Below are positions 51,269-60,506 of a stretch of 64,000 nucleotides of DNA, piece by piece (the first letter of the stretch is position 1; each line of letters begins with the position of its first letter). A program made the translations under genes and the position numbers. The stretch spans positions 3,840,001 to 3,904,000 of the forward strand of contig OY776510.1 of assembly GCA_963675665.1 (NCBI GenBank), written 5' to 3'. A model generated the notes under the pieces. It saw only the letters and a program-made list of their open reading frames with translations, was not told the origin of the DNA and did no database searches. The DNA comes from Spirochaetia bacterium (GTDB lineage: Bacteria > Spirochaetota > Spirochaetia > UBA9216).

Positions 51269-52246
51269 CTATTCGCAGCACGCTTTGTTTTCAACATGTT
51301 TATTCTCTATCCATGCTTCTACCATTTCCAGATTATTAAAAACCGCGCCATGTCCTCCGTCTGTCTCAATGTATGAAATATTCCCGTTTTTATTATAATC
51401 GTTAAATACAATCCTTGAACCTTCTACCGGAGAGCTGTTATCGTTTCGGCCGTGAACCAGCAATACAGGAATTTGAATATTTTCAAGATCTTCAATATAT
51501 CGGTAATTCAGAAAACTTGCCCAGCGCCTGTAAGGATGCCCCCACCATGATAATACAACAGAATCCGGATTCTTATTTATTTCAATACACTTTTTACTAA
51601 AATCAGCAGGCGTAAGATCTTCTATAATACCGCGTTCGATAAGGATTTTTAATTGCTCTTCCTGGGAGATGCCCCCTGCTCCGGCAATAACCAGCCTGGA
51701 AATTTTCTCTTTAACGGATAACCTGTTATAAATTGCCGGAACCAGTCTGCCGCCTTCCGAATGCCCGAATATTACAGCTTTATCATATTTTCGAATGGTA
51801 AAGAAATAATCTATCGCACGGGCATATATCGTACTCAGTTCTTCTACTGTATATATTTGCAGCAATTCCTTTTTTGATTCTTCATTTTCAAATGGTTCCA
51901 GATTTGGCTTTTCAAGAATTAGTAAATCATATTCCTTCGCCAGCCTGATATTCAGAATCCCAGCTGTACTGTAGCCCGTTGAAAATCCCCCCATCCGTGA
52001 ACCGAGTACTGAGGAATAACCGGAACCGCCTATGATAATTATTACGGTGTTATTATTCGGTTTTCGTGAAACAGGATACATATAGGAAAAGTTATTATTG
52101 GAATGCCCGATTCTTACCTGCTCCATTCCGCTGTAAAGATAATTAATTGATTTACAATTGAATAACAATAAAGTTAACAATACCGTAATTAAAATTTTGT
52201 TTAATAACCTTTTCCGGTTACCTGCTTTTTTCATTGCTTGAAACAT
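51269..52246 (-). CDS. Alpha/beta hydrolase (lipoprotein)
   Basis: GGSG, GHSEGG, HGRND, GGH. Confidence 0.85.
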   Translation of the reverse strand: MFQAMKKAGNRKRLLNKILITVLLTLLLFNCKSINYLYSGMEQVRIGHSNNNFSYMYPVSRKPNNNTVIIIIGGSGYSSVLGSRMGGFSTGYSTAGILNIRLAKEYDLLILEKPNLEPFENEESKKELLQIYTVEELSTIYARAIDYFFTIRKYDKAVIFGHSEGGRLVPAIYNRLSVKEKISRLVIAGAGGISQEEQLKILIERGIIEDLTPADFSKKCIEINKNPDSVVLSWWGHPYRRWASFLNYRYIEDLENIQIPVLLVHGRNDNSSPVEGSRIVFNDYNKNGNISYIETDGGHGAVFNNLEMVEAWIENKHVENKACCE

Positions 52247-52305
52247 CCTGTTTTTTATTTTTATTTGATACTAACACAGGCAAGAGACTTGATAAAACAA
52301 AATAT

Positions 52306-53187
52306 TCAGCAAACAGGCAAATTCTGCGAAGCAAACAGGCCCAATGTTTTTTCCCATAATTCGGCAGATATTTCTTTATTATATTTCCGGATTACCTTTA
52401 CACTGGAATTGTCTCTTTTAAGGTAACATCCGTTCATCTTCAAAGCCTTCTCTGAACAGAGAAGAAATAAGCACGGCTGAACACTTTCTTCATTTGATAT
52501 AAACCTTGATTTTAATATACGCGACATAATATTAAATGTTAATCGAAAAAACCCTTTTTCAGGTTTGCCCAAATTTGTTTGAACCAATCCCGGGTAAAAA
52601 CAATTTATTGAACTGTTTGTATTTTTCAACCGACTTGCCAGTTCAAACGTAAAATATATTTCTGCCTGTTTTGAAAAAGAATATGCGTTCATTCCGTTGT
52701 ATTTTTTTATACTGTTCAGATAATCCGGATCGAATCTGTTATCACTGCTTCCCTCTGATACGACATTAATTATTTTACAGGCCTTTTGTGATTCATTCAT
52801 TTTCAGTATCAGGTTTGTCAACAGGAACGGCCCCAGGTAATTGGTGGCCAGTGTCTTTTCAATTCCTTCATCGGTTAATTCTTTTTTGAATAAAAGAACA
52901 CCCGCATTATTAATTAGAATATCAATATGTTTATACTTATCTATTATTGCCGGAATAACTTCATTTATGGATTTTTGAAGGGATACATCCAAAACAATCA
53001 AATCAATATTATTATTGTTTGATTCATGCATTACTTCTTTTTGAGCACGAAGCCCTTTTTCCCGGTTTCGACAAATCATGAGAACATTTGTCCCGCGTTT
53101 TCCAAGCTCAACCGACAATTTTTTCCCTATTCCGGAATCAGCGCCTGTAATAAGGCAATTCCTGTTCTTGAGTGCATTACATTTCAA
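52306..53187 (-). CDS. SDR oxidoreductase (retinol-dehydrogenase-like)
   Basis: TGADSGIG, NNAG, YSFSK. Confidence 0.9.
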   Translation of the reverse strand: MKCNALKNRNCLITGADSGIGKKLSVELGKRGTNVLMICRNREKGLRAQKEVMHESNNNNIDLIVLDVSLQKSINEVIPAIIDKYKHIDILINNAGVLLFKKELTDEGIEKTLATNYLGPFLLTNLILKMNESQKACKIINVVSEGSSDNRFDPDYLNSIKKYNGMNAYSFSKQAEIYFTFELASRLKNTNSSINCFYPGLVQTNLGKPEKGFFRLTFNIMSRILKSRFISNEESVQPCLFLLCSEKALKMNGCYLKRDNSSVKVIRKYNKEISAELWEKTLGLFASQNLPVC

Positions 53188-53191
53188 ATAT

Positions 53192-53800
53192 CTAATCCCC
53201 TGTAATAATGATACCGTTTAAAATCATTGTTATGGATTCAATTATCTCTTCAATTATCCTTTTTTGTCTTGCTTCTTCAGAAACTGTATCATCATACTTT
53301 TGCCTGTGCAGGTATTCTTTTAATGAATAAACAATATCCTGGATGATCTGGGCAGTTCTAAGTACGTTGATTTTTTTAACCTCGCCTTTCTTCATGTAAA
53401 AGGTAAAAGTATCCGCGAGATAGGCTGTTCCCTTCTTTTTTGAATAATCTACAAGCTTCTGTATATACGGATTCAGGCTGATGATGGATTCGTATGATAG
53501 CTGGTTTAAAATGCTGTTTGAATTAAGATACGAGAACCCCTCTGAGATCCAGCATAATATTCTTTGCCTGCAATCAGCTTCTTTATTTGCCTTTTCAATT
53601 ATTCTCGAAATATACCTGTCTGCTTCTTCAGTAATCATTGCAGTAAAGATTTCCTCTTTATTTTTAAAGTAGTGATAGAATGATGCCTTGTTAATTCCAA
53701 CTATTTTTGCAATATCATCCAAACTTGTCTTGTCATATCCATATTTGGAAAAGCATACGCCTGCAGCGGTAATAATTTGATTTTTTCTCTCGACAGCCAT
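53192..53800 (-). CDS. TetR/AcrR-family regulator
   Basis: HTH 'TSLDDIAKIVGINKASFYHYFKNKEE'. Confidence 0.93.
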   Translation of the reverse strand: MAVERKNQIITAAGVCFSKYGYDKTSLDDIAKIVGINKASFYHYFKNKEEIFTAMITEEADRYISRIIEKANKEADCRQRILCWISEGFSYLNSNSILNQLSYESIISLNPYIQKLVDYSKKKGTAYLADTFTFYMKKGEVKKINVLRTAQIIQDIVYSLKEYLHRQKYDDTVSEEARQKRIIEEIIESITMILNGIIITGD

Positions 53801-53815
53801 TTGGGAACCTCAATC

Positions 53816-53860
53816 AACCTAATATTCTAATATTATAACATATTGTTAGGTTATTGGCAA
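53816..53860 (-). promoter_or_regulatory. tetR promoter with inverted-repeat operator
   Basis: TTGCCA-N17-TATAAT on the minus strand; AACCTAA...TTAGGTT inverted repeat flanking the -10. Confidence 0.65.
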
Positions 53861-53874
53861 GCTTCATAGAAGCT

Positions 53875-54699
53875 TCATCCCATATTCAAACAGACTTTTA
53901 TTATTTTGTTCAGGCTTTTCAATTTCACTTCATCTTTTTCCGTATTTTCCAATATACTAATCCCAATAATTTCATTATTTGCCTGCAGATTTTTTAGGAT
54001 TTCCACTATTTCGCTTATTCGAAACCCATTCTGTTGTGGACATTTAACATTCCTGAATTCCAGAGGATCTATTACATCCAGATCGATATGAATATAAACT
54101 TTTTGCTTTTTCAGATCATCAATCATCGACGGATTTTCTCTGAAGTTTTCAACTGTTATCTTAGCAATTTCATTACTGTTTATGTATAAATCTTCTTCAG
54201 GGTCTAAATCTCTTGTACCTAATAATATCAGGTCGGTTTTTTCTATTTTCTTATACTTCGCTGAAATTTCATTACCTTCGATATTTTCCAGTAAAAATCT
54301 TAGCGGCATGCCATGAAATAATTTGCTGTGGGAACTTTTGGGCGAGTTCAAATCTCCATGCGCATCAAACCAGATTATTTTGAAGTTTTTTTCCTTTTCA
54401 ATAAAATATGAAATTATCGGAACTTCAACTCCGCAGCCGCCCCCGACTGTAAATAGTTTGCCGGGATTTTTTTCTTTCAGAATATTACCTATTCTTTCCA
54501 ACTGCTCTTTAATAACCGAATATCCAATAATATCTTTTTCCGGAACTATATTATCTGATTTTGAGATTTCGATTTCATCGAATTCAATCCCGAATTTTCT
54601 GATGTAATTTCCTAACGCTTCGGCACCAAAGTATAATTCATTTGTATACCCGGACCCCTGCCATTGTGCAACCAGTAAATTCAATTTACCCTCCTTCAT
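53875..54699 (-). CDS. Arginase/ureohydrolase-family protein
   Basis: QWQGSG, GGGC, DAHGD, HGMPL, HIDLDVID. Confidence 0.88.
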   Translation of the reverse strand: MKEGKLNLLVAQWQGSGYTNELYFGAEALGNYIRKFGIEFDEIEISKSDNIVPEKDIIGYSVIKEQLERIGNILKEKNPGKLFTVGGGCGVEVPIISYFIEKEKNFKIIWFDAHGDLNSPKSSHSKLFHGMPLRFLLENIEGNEISAKYKKIEKTDLILLGTRDLDPEEDLYINSNEIAKITVENFRENPSMIDDLKKQKVYIHIDLDVIDPLEFRNVKCPQQNGFRISEIVEILKNLQANNEIIGISILENTEKDEVKLKSLNKIIKVCLNMG

Positions 54700-54822
54700 T
54701 TTATCAATACTTTTTGTTTATCCTTAAGCGGAAAATTCTTAAATCTCGCCTGTTACTATTGAAAGTATTCTTATACTACAATCAATATAGTCAATGTCAA
54801 GATTGATTTTTTTTATTGGATT

Positions 54823-55830
54823 CTATTGTAATTTTATATCATATAGAAGTTCCATTGCCTCTTTTTCAATTTTCGCCGTATGAAAGCAAATTTTTGATGC
54901 TTTATCCAGATATTTCTGTTCCAGGGTTTTTCCGGCTTTATCAATCAGATGAGCTGTTTCAGTCCAATTGGCTGCAGCCTGTTTATACAGATCCGCAGCT
55001 TTTTTAATTCCAGTATTGCCAGGCAGGTAATCAAGACTTTCATATAAAAAGTCTCTGAAAAAATTTCTGAAAATTGCTCCACCGGTTCCACCGTTTTCCA
55101 TCAGGTCGGCCTGATCAAAGAGGTCTCTTTTGGGAGTTGGAGTACAATCAAGCCATTTTATCATTTCACCGGCCAATTTCAGAATACCTGAATATCCAAA
55201 GCACTTTAACGGCGGGTTAAGAAAATCATTAGACATTGACCGTAATACTTTTGGTATTACTTTTTCTGCAGAGGAAATTTCACCTGCTTTCCTGATTGTA
55301 TAAGAACGCGCTTTTGCAGACATGGAACCTTTTTCGAATCTTGCTTTCTCAAGATTCTCCAATGAAACCTTGTAGTTTTTTCCGGTATCAAAAATATAAG
55401 CATAACTTGAATCATATCCGTAAACGGTAACAAAATGTCCTGCAAAATGAAAACTATGATTGAAATGTTCAAGATGATAACAATCCAGCTGCAAACCGAC
55501 AGGAATGCCCCTGTCAAGCGGTTCCGATACATTTAACCAGGCTTTTTTCTTTGATGTTGTCTCTCTTTCTTCTAATTCTATTCCGATATTCCTGCAAAGC
55601 ATTCTCGTTAATTCAAAGGGTTTAGCCCGCCCCCCGATGAACGGCAAATTCATAAAACTCATTTTCCAATATATAAAACCAAATCCCTGACTCAATCCCA
55701 GCATCATTGGTTCACTGATATCAATATGCTTCTGTACAAGAAGGCTTTTTGTCGCTGCGGTTTCACAATGTTTTGCTTCAAATATTTTAAAATTATCTAT
55801 TACTCCCATATATTCAACAGCTCCCTTCAT
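54823..55830 (-). CDS. BtrH N-terminal domain / DUF4872 protein (papain-like acyl-transfer/peptidase fold)
   Basis: HCET, HFAGHFVTVYGYD, GTGGAIFR. Confidence 0.8.
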   Translation of the reverse strand: MKGAVEYMGVIDNFKIFEAKHCETAATKSLLVQKHIDISEPMMLGLSQGFGFIYWKMSFMNLPFIGGRAKPFELTRMLCRNIGIELEERETTSKKKAWLNVSEPLDRGIPVGLQLDCYHLEHFNHSFHFAGHFVTVYGYDSSYAYIFDTGKNYKVSLENLEKARFEKGSMSAKARSYTIRKAGEISSAEKVIPKVLRSMSNDFLNPPLKCFGYSGILKLAGEMIKWLDCTPTPKRDLFDQADLMENGGTGGAIFRNFFRDFLYESLDYLPGNTGIKKAADLYKQAAANWTETAHLIDKAGKTLEQKYLDKASKICFHTAKIEKEAMELLYDIKLQ

Positions 55831-55982
55831 ATAGTTTTTCAGTAACTATATCATTTCATATACGACAGCGTTATGTCATATTAATAGATCTGCTTATAAT
55901 AAAATTTTCGCTTTTCATCCGGACTGCACAGCGGAGTCAAGGGCTGGTCTTTACATAATTCTATAAATGATTTATCAAAATC

Positions 55983-56075
55983 TCATTTATTGTTTCTTTT
56001 TTTCATTACTGTATTTTTTATATAATCAGCAACATAATCTTTATTTCCTGTTTTTATTGCTTTGAAAATCTCCAT
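55983..56075 (-). pseudogene. Possible ankyrin-repeat gene 5' remnant
   Basis: MEIFKAIKTGNKDYVADYIKN... resembles a first ankyrin repeat; stops after 30 aa. Confidence 0.3.
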
Positions 56076-56200
56076 AATATTTACTGCTTATTAAATAGAT
56101 TTGTAAATAATGCAACAGGCAGAGTATTCATGTCGGCTTCTGTATTGATTTTCCTTAGACATTAATTGCAAGGATTATTCTATTCGTTTTTATCGTTTAA

Positions 56201-56986
56201 TTATATTATCCCTATACATTTCAGATAAGTAATTGCCTGGGAAACATTCTTTGTTGAAGTTTTATCCAATATATGCTGCCTGTGATTATTTACTGTATTT
56301 ACACTAACATAAAGTTTCTTTGCTATTTCCTTGCTGTCGAACCCCTGTGAAATTAGTTCAATAATTTCTTTTTCACGTTTTGTAATTAGATATTTCCCTA
56401 TACCGTTCTCCCTGTTAAATAAATGTTCCTCTTTTGTAATTGTATTTATAAAAAATCTTCGGGGTATACTGTTATCCGGATAATTTGATATGACATCTGA
56501 AATAATAAGCATAAGCCAGGAATTATAATACTTATCACATTCATAGATAAGCATTTGATGAAGAAATCTTATATATTCATTTTGCTTATTCTTTACACGG
56601 TAATCATAAATTAACTTGTAATTCTTTTTCTCTGCACTTTTAACAGGTTTTAGAAAATTATACATTTTTATCTCTGAATCATAGAGATAAGGTAAATCTT
56701 CTTTTGAAATCATTTCATGATAGTTTAAAACATCAACAGAACTTTCGGAATCATAACCGAGAAGTTTAATATGGTTATCCTCTTTTATTAAAAAATTATT
56801 TTTATGTATATCATAAACAGAAATAGCACGATTTTGAATTTTTGCCATTTCCTTCAGGCTTTTAATCTTCTGTTCAACCCTTTTATAGTCTGAGTCGGAA
56901 ATTTCACAATGAATTTCGCTCCGTATTTTTTTGTATTCTTCAGCAACTTTCAAATTGTTAATATTCATAAAATGATGAATTCTCAC
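56201..56986 (-). CDS. PAS-like + LuxR HTH transcriptional regulator
   Basis: C-terminal ITKREKEII...SKEIAKKLYVSVNTVNNHR; start could be 56968. Confidence 0.88.
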   Translation of the reverse strand: MRIHHFMNINNLKVAEEYKKIRSEIHCEISDSDYKRVEQKIKSLKEMAKIQNRAISVYDIHKNNFLIKEDNHIKLLGYDSESSVDVLNYHEMISKEDLPYLYDSEIKMYNFLKPVKSAEKKNYKLIYDYRVKNKQNEYIRFLHQMLIYECDKYYNSWLMLIISDVISNYPDNSIPRRFFINTITKEEHLFNRENGIGKYLITKREKEIIELISQGFDSKEIAKKLYVSVNTVNNHRQHILDKTSTKNVSQAITYLKCIGII

Positions 56987-57035
56987 TATATAAACTATTT
57001 TATTTCTAATATTACACTATTTCAAGAATTTTATA

Positions 57036-57497
57036 ATGAACAAAAAGCAAGCATCCTTTTATCAAAGATATCCTCCTTCTTTACCATGTTCATGTAAAAT
57101 TTGCTTATATTTCTGTAACAGGCCCGGCTGGTGGCTTGTCTCAGAAGCACGATTGGCAATAGAAAATGGTCTCTCTCAAAAAATGATGCTTGAGTTTTCT
57201 CCGGATTTTACTTTTGCCGTATTATCTCCGGCCTTTAAAGGAAATGAATCATACTTTGCTTTGCAGCTATATTCTCAAAATAAATGTACATTCCTTCATG
57301 AAAACCGTTGCTCCATTTATAACAAACCTTTCCAGCCAGCAGAATGCAGGTTCTGTCATCATGAGCGTATTGGACAAGGAAAGAAATGCCATATTGAAAT
57401 TGGACATGATTGGAATACAAAAAAAGGCAAAAGGCTGATAAAATCCTGGTTGTCGTTGAATGATCTCAGATTGCCGCCTGCAATTAACATATTCTAA
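57036..57497 (+). CDS. Cys-rich hypothetical protein (YkgJ-like metal-binding)
   Basis: CxCxxCxxxC...CTFL...CSIY...P.ECRFC. Confidence 0.65.
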   Translation: MNKKQASFYQRYPPSLPCSCKICLYFCNRPGWWLVSEARLAIENGLSQKMMLEFSPDFTFAVLSPAFKGNESYFALQLYSQNKCTFLHENRCSIYNKPFQPAECRFCHHERIGQGKKCHIEIGHDWNTKKGKRLIKSWLSLNDLRLPPAINIF

Positions 57498-57672
57498 ATG
57501 TACCTGATTCTGTATAACCAGGTTTTGGGCTGCCTGGCGGCGCGTGTATTCATCACGCGCATTGGTCAGATTCCGGGGTGAAGCCCATTAGCCGAAGGCG
57601 CCGTTTATTATACTGCAGTGATGTAATGTAATTTAGCCGGGGAGTTTTCTTCAGCATAAATCAACTTTGCTA

Positions 57673-58338
57673 TTAATTATTTAGACAAAGTTTTCTCCCT
57701 AATTCATATGCCTTTTTACAATCTTCCACAAATACGGTTTCCCTTCTCTTCAGCCTTTTTTTTCCGTCAAAATATGTCATGGCGTATTTGCTGTAATCAT
57801 CAAATTGGTAAGTTGATGTTGAAGTTAAAAACTCACTATAGCCGAAAGTACGTTTCAGTAATTTTTGATTATATTTAAAAAGTTTAGGGTAACCTGCAAG
57901 CGGCAACGCAAAAGAAGGAGCATTCATTGTATAAAGAAAAGCCGTATTTATTTTTTTCCCAAAAGATGAGGGCTTGCCTTCGTAGGAAGTATATGGGAAA
58001 ATCAGACGCTCCATAAATGATTTCATTTCTCCTGTAACGGCCGTAAAATAGATTGGAGAGCCTAAAAGAAGAGCATCACACCCGCAAATTACCTGCAAAA
58101 CAGGTTCCAGATCATCTTTCATTGTGCATTTGCTTACCGAATTTCCTTTTAACTTGCATGCGAAGCAACTGGTACAGCCTTTAAATTGAATATCGTAAAG
58201 ATTGATCAGTTCAGTTTTCGCGCCTGTATCTTTTGCGCCTTCCAGGCATTTTTCAAGTAGTATATGTGTGTTCCATTCTTTTCTTGGACTTCCATTAATT
58301 GCAATAATCTTCACATTTTTCTCCATATATTTTTTCAC
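57673..58338 (-). CDS. Flavodoxin-family / iron-sulfur flavoprotein (NADPH-dependent FMN reductase-like)
   Basis: NGSPRKEWNT, GCTSCFAC, GSPIYF. Confidence 0.88.
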   Translation of the reverse strand: MKKYMEKNVKIIAINGSPRKEWNTHILLEKCLEGAKDTGAKTELINLYDIQFKGCTSCFACKLKGNSVSKCTMKDDLEPVLQVICGCDALLLGSPIYFTAVTGEMKSFMERLIFPYTSYEGKPSSFGKKINTAFLYTMNAPSFALPLAGYPKLFKYNQKLLKRTFGYSEFLTSTSTYQFDDYSKYAMTYFDGKKRLKRRETVFVEDCKKAYELGRKLCLNN

Positions 58339-58430
58339 TACAACTACATCACAATTATTTTATTTACAATATTTGATATTTTCCGTGTATTTAATTTATC
58401 ATAAATAGATTGTTGTAACCAATAAAATTA

Positions 58431-58459
58431 TTGACTTCTACTGAACCACAGTGTATCTT
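58431..58459 (+). promoter_or_regulatory. sigma70 promoter for the NiCo riboswitch-CDF transcript
   Basis: TTGACT-N17-TATCTT. Confidence 0.6.
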
Positions 58460-58465
58460 TTTTAC

Positions 58466-58536
58466 CAAGCGGATCAGGCGATCTTGATTTAAGATGCAGT
58501 CGGGCTTTTGCAGCAGGCACAACCTGCGGGACCATT
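58466..58536 (+). ncRNA. NiCo (czcD) metal-sensing riboswitch
   Basis: GATCAGGCGA-TCTT..AAGA-TGCAGTCGGGC-TTTT-GC-AGCAGG..CCTGC-GGGAC four-way-junction pattern, directly upstream of a CDF gene. Confidence 0.8.
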
Positions 58537-58591
58537 AACGCAGTCCCGGGCATTGCCCAAACGGCTTAACATTATCGGGGAGAACTGATCT

Positions 58592-59485
58592 ATGCTTGAT
58601 CAAAAACGTACAGGCTACTTTGAAGGTATCCTATCAGCAATTCTAAACACCGTATTATTCACATTTAAATTATGGGTCGGTACAGCAACCGGTTCCGTTG
58701 CCATTGTTGCGGACGCATGGCATACCCTCTCGGACACACTGACTTCATTAATTGTTATTTTCGGTTTCTGGGCATCCAGCCGTCCCAGCGACAAGGAACA
58801 CCCTTTCGGCCACGGCCGCGCTGAACTTGTAGGAGGAATATGTATCGGCATTCTGTTGGGAATGGTCGGCATCAACTTTCTCCAGGACTCGTATCATCAG
58901 CTGAAATCGCATGAATCGGCCGACTTCAATTTAACCGTCATCATTGTATTCAGTATTTCAGTTGTATTGAAAGAAATAATCGCCCGTTTTTCCATTCACT
59001 TCGGAAAAAAGTTCAACTCGACATCGCTGGTAGCCGACGGCTGGCACCATCGAAGCGACGCTATTGCTTCCGCCCTAATCCTCGCCGGAGTTTTCCTTGG
59101 AAAATATTTCTGGTGGATAGACGGCGTTCTGGGATTGGGAGTTTCAATCCTTATACTGAAGGTCTCTTTCAATATCATAAAAGATGCGGCATATTCGATA
59201 CTCGGAGAACCGGCCTCACAGGAATTCCTGTCTGAAATACAGGCCCTGGCAAAATCCATCGTACCGGAGATTGAAGACATCCACCACGTTCATGTTCACC
59301 GCTACGGCGACCACATTGAGGTAACCCTTCATATCCGCCTTTCAGGAAACCGCACATTGAAAGAGTCGCATGATTCAGCTACCCGGCTTGAGGTTTGCAT
59401 GAAGGAAAATATGAATGTGGAAGCAACTATCCATATGGAACCCAAATATATGGATGAAGAGTCTGTAGCATTGGATCTGAAATAG
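58592..59485 (+). CDS. Cation diffusion facilitator (FieF/CzcD-like)
   Basis: ADAWHTLSD, HPFGHGR, ADGWHHRSD, IHMEP. Confidence 0.93.
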   Translation: MLDQKRTGYFEGILSAILNTVLFTFKLWVGTATGSVAIVADAWHTLSDTLTSLIVIFGFWASSRPSDKEHPFGHGRAELVGGICIGILLGMVGINFLQDSYHQLKSHESADFNLTVIIVFSISVVLKEIIARFSIHFGKKFNSTSLVADGWHHRSDAIASALILAGVFLGKYFWWIDGVLGLGVSILILKVSFNIIKDAAYSILGEPASQEFLSEIQALAKSIVPEIEDIHHVHVHRYGDHIEVTLHIRLSGNRTLKESHDSATRLEVCMKENMNVEATIHMEPKYMDEESVALDLK

Positions 59486-59557
59486 CGAAATCAAAAGGAA
59501 AGACATTGTAAATTTTTCCCTGTACAAAGTTTCGGGTTTATTATGTAACATTACGAA

Positions 59558-60058
59558 TTATTCGCCGGATTTTATTTTTCCCAAAATTTCACTGATGTTT
59601 TCTTCTCCGTCAAAATAACCGACATCATTTCCTTTATAAAAGATTTCCCGTTTCGGCAATATATTAACTTTCCCGGTATCCGGATACTCACATATATCAA
59701 CTTTGTTAAGACTTCTTAGATCTATATAAACCAAAAGCTCTTCATTCGGATTATAAAGCTGATGCGCCCCGGATTCTCCCTTTTCAAATAATGCAATTTC
59801 ACCGGTTTTAATCTTGTGAATTCCTTCGGGCGTTCTCAGTTCTCCGCTTCCTGACAGGATCACAAACATTTCTTCCGCATTATGATGAAAATGATATGGA
59901 TAGGAAATTTTACCTTTTTCAAGGGACCTGATATTGCAGCAAAAATCTGTTAAATTTACCAATTCAGCAAGATCTTCAGATGTGTTCCAGGAGTATTCCG
60001 GAATTGGCGAGCTTTTGATTTCCATATGCAAATCTCCCGTTTTTATTATCTTTGACAT
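59558..60058 (-). CDS. Cupin-domain protein
   Basis: YHFHHNAEEMFVILSG, GAHQLYN, EYPDTGK; AAGGAG RBS. Confidence 0.85.
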   Translation of the reverse strand: MSKIIKTGDLHMEIKSSPIPEYSWNTSEDLAELVNLTDFCCNIRSLEKGKISYPYHFHHNAEEMFVILSGSGELRTPEGIHKIKTGEIALFEKGESGAHQLYNPNEELLVYIDLRSLNKVDICEYPDTGKVNILPKREIFYKGNDVGYFDGEENISEILGKIKSGE

Positions 60059-60137
60059 AACTACTCCTTCTGGAATGCCGCGATTAATTGTACGACCGCG
60101 ATAGCGGCGTTGCGCAGGGTTTTCCCGGGGCATAATG

Positions 60138-60485
60138 TTACTGGAATTTCCCATATGCATTAACCCAGTTATCTGCTATTTCAAAAAACATCTTATATCC
60201 ATTTTTTCTAATGTAATAAACTGCTTCTTTATACTTTCTATATTTATAACCGTTTTTTGAATACCATTCACCAATTATATTGCAGGATTCCAACTCTGGA
60301 CAATCAGCACACGTGTCATGTTTCTTTTCCTGAAAACAACATAACTTGATTTTACATTTTGCTTTGGTTATATCTCTTTCACCTGTATCAAAACCAATCT
60401 TACAACCCTTACATGCTCCAGTCAAAAACGGTTTACAGGTCTTGCAATATGCACCGCAACATCCTGCATATCGATTTGGATTCAT
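60138..60485 (-). CDS. DUF3795 Cys-rich protein
   Basis: CCGAYCKTC...CKGC...CKIKLCC...TCADC. Confidence 0.8.
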   Translation of the reverse strand: MNPNRYAGCCGAYCKTCKPFLTGACKGCKIGFDTGERDITKAKCKIKLCCFQEKKHDTCADCPELESCNIIGEWYSKNGYKYRKYKEAVYYIRKNGYKMFFEIADNWVNAYGKFQ

Positions 60486-60506
60486 TTAATCCTCCAACCA
60501 ATTTCT

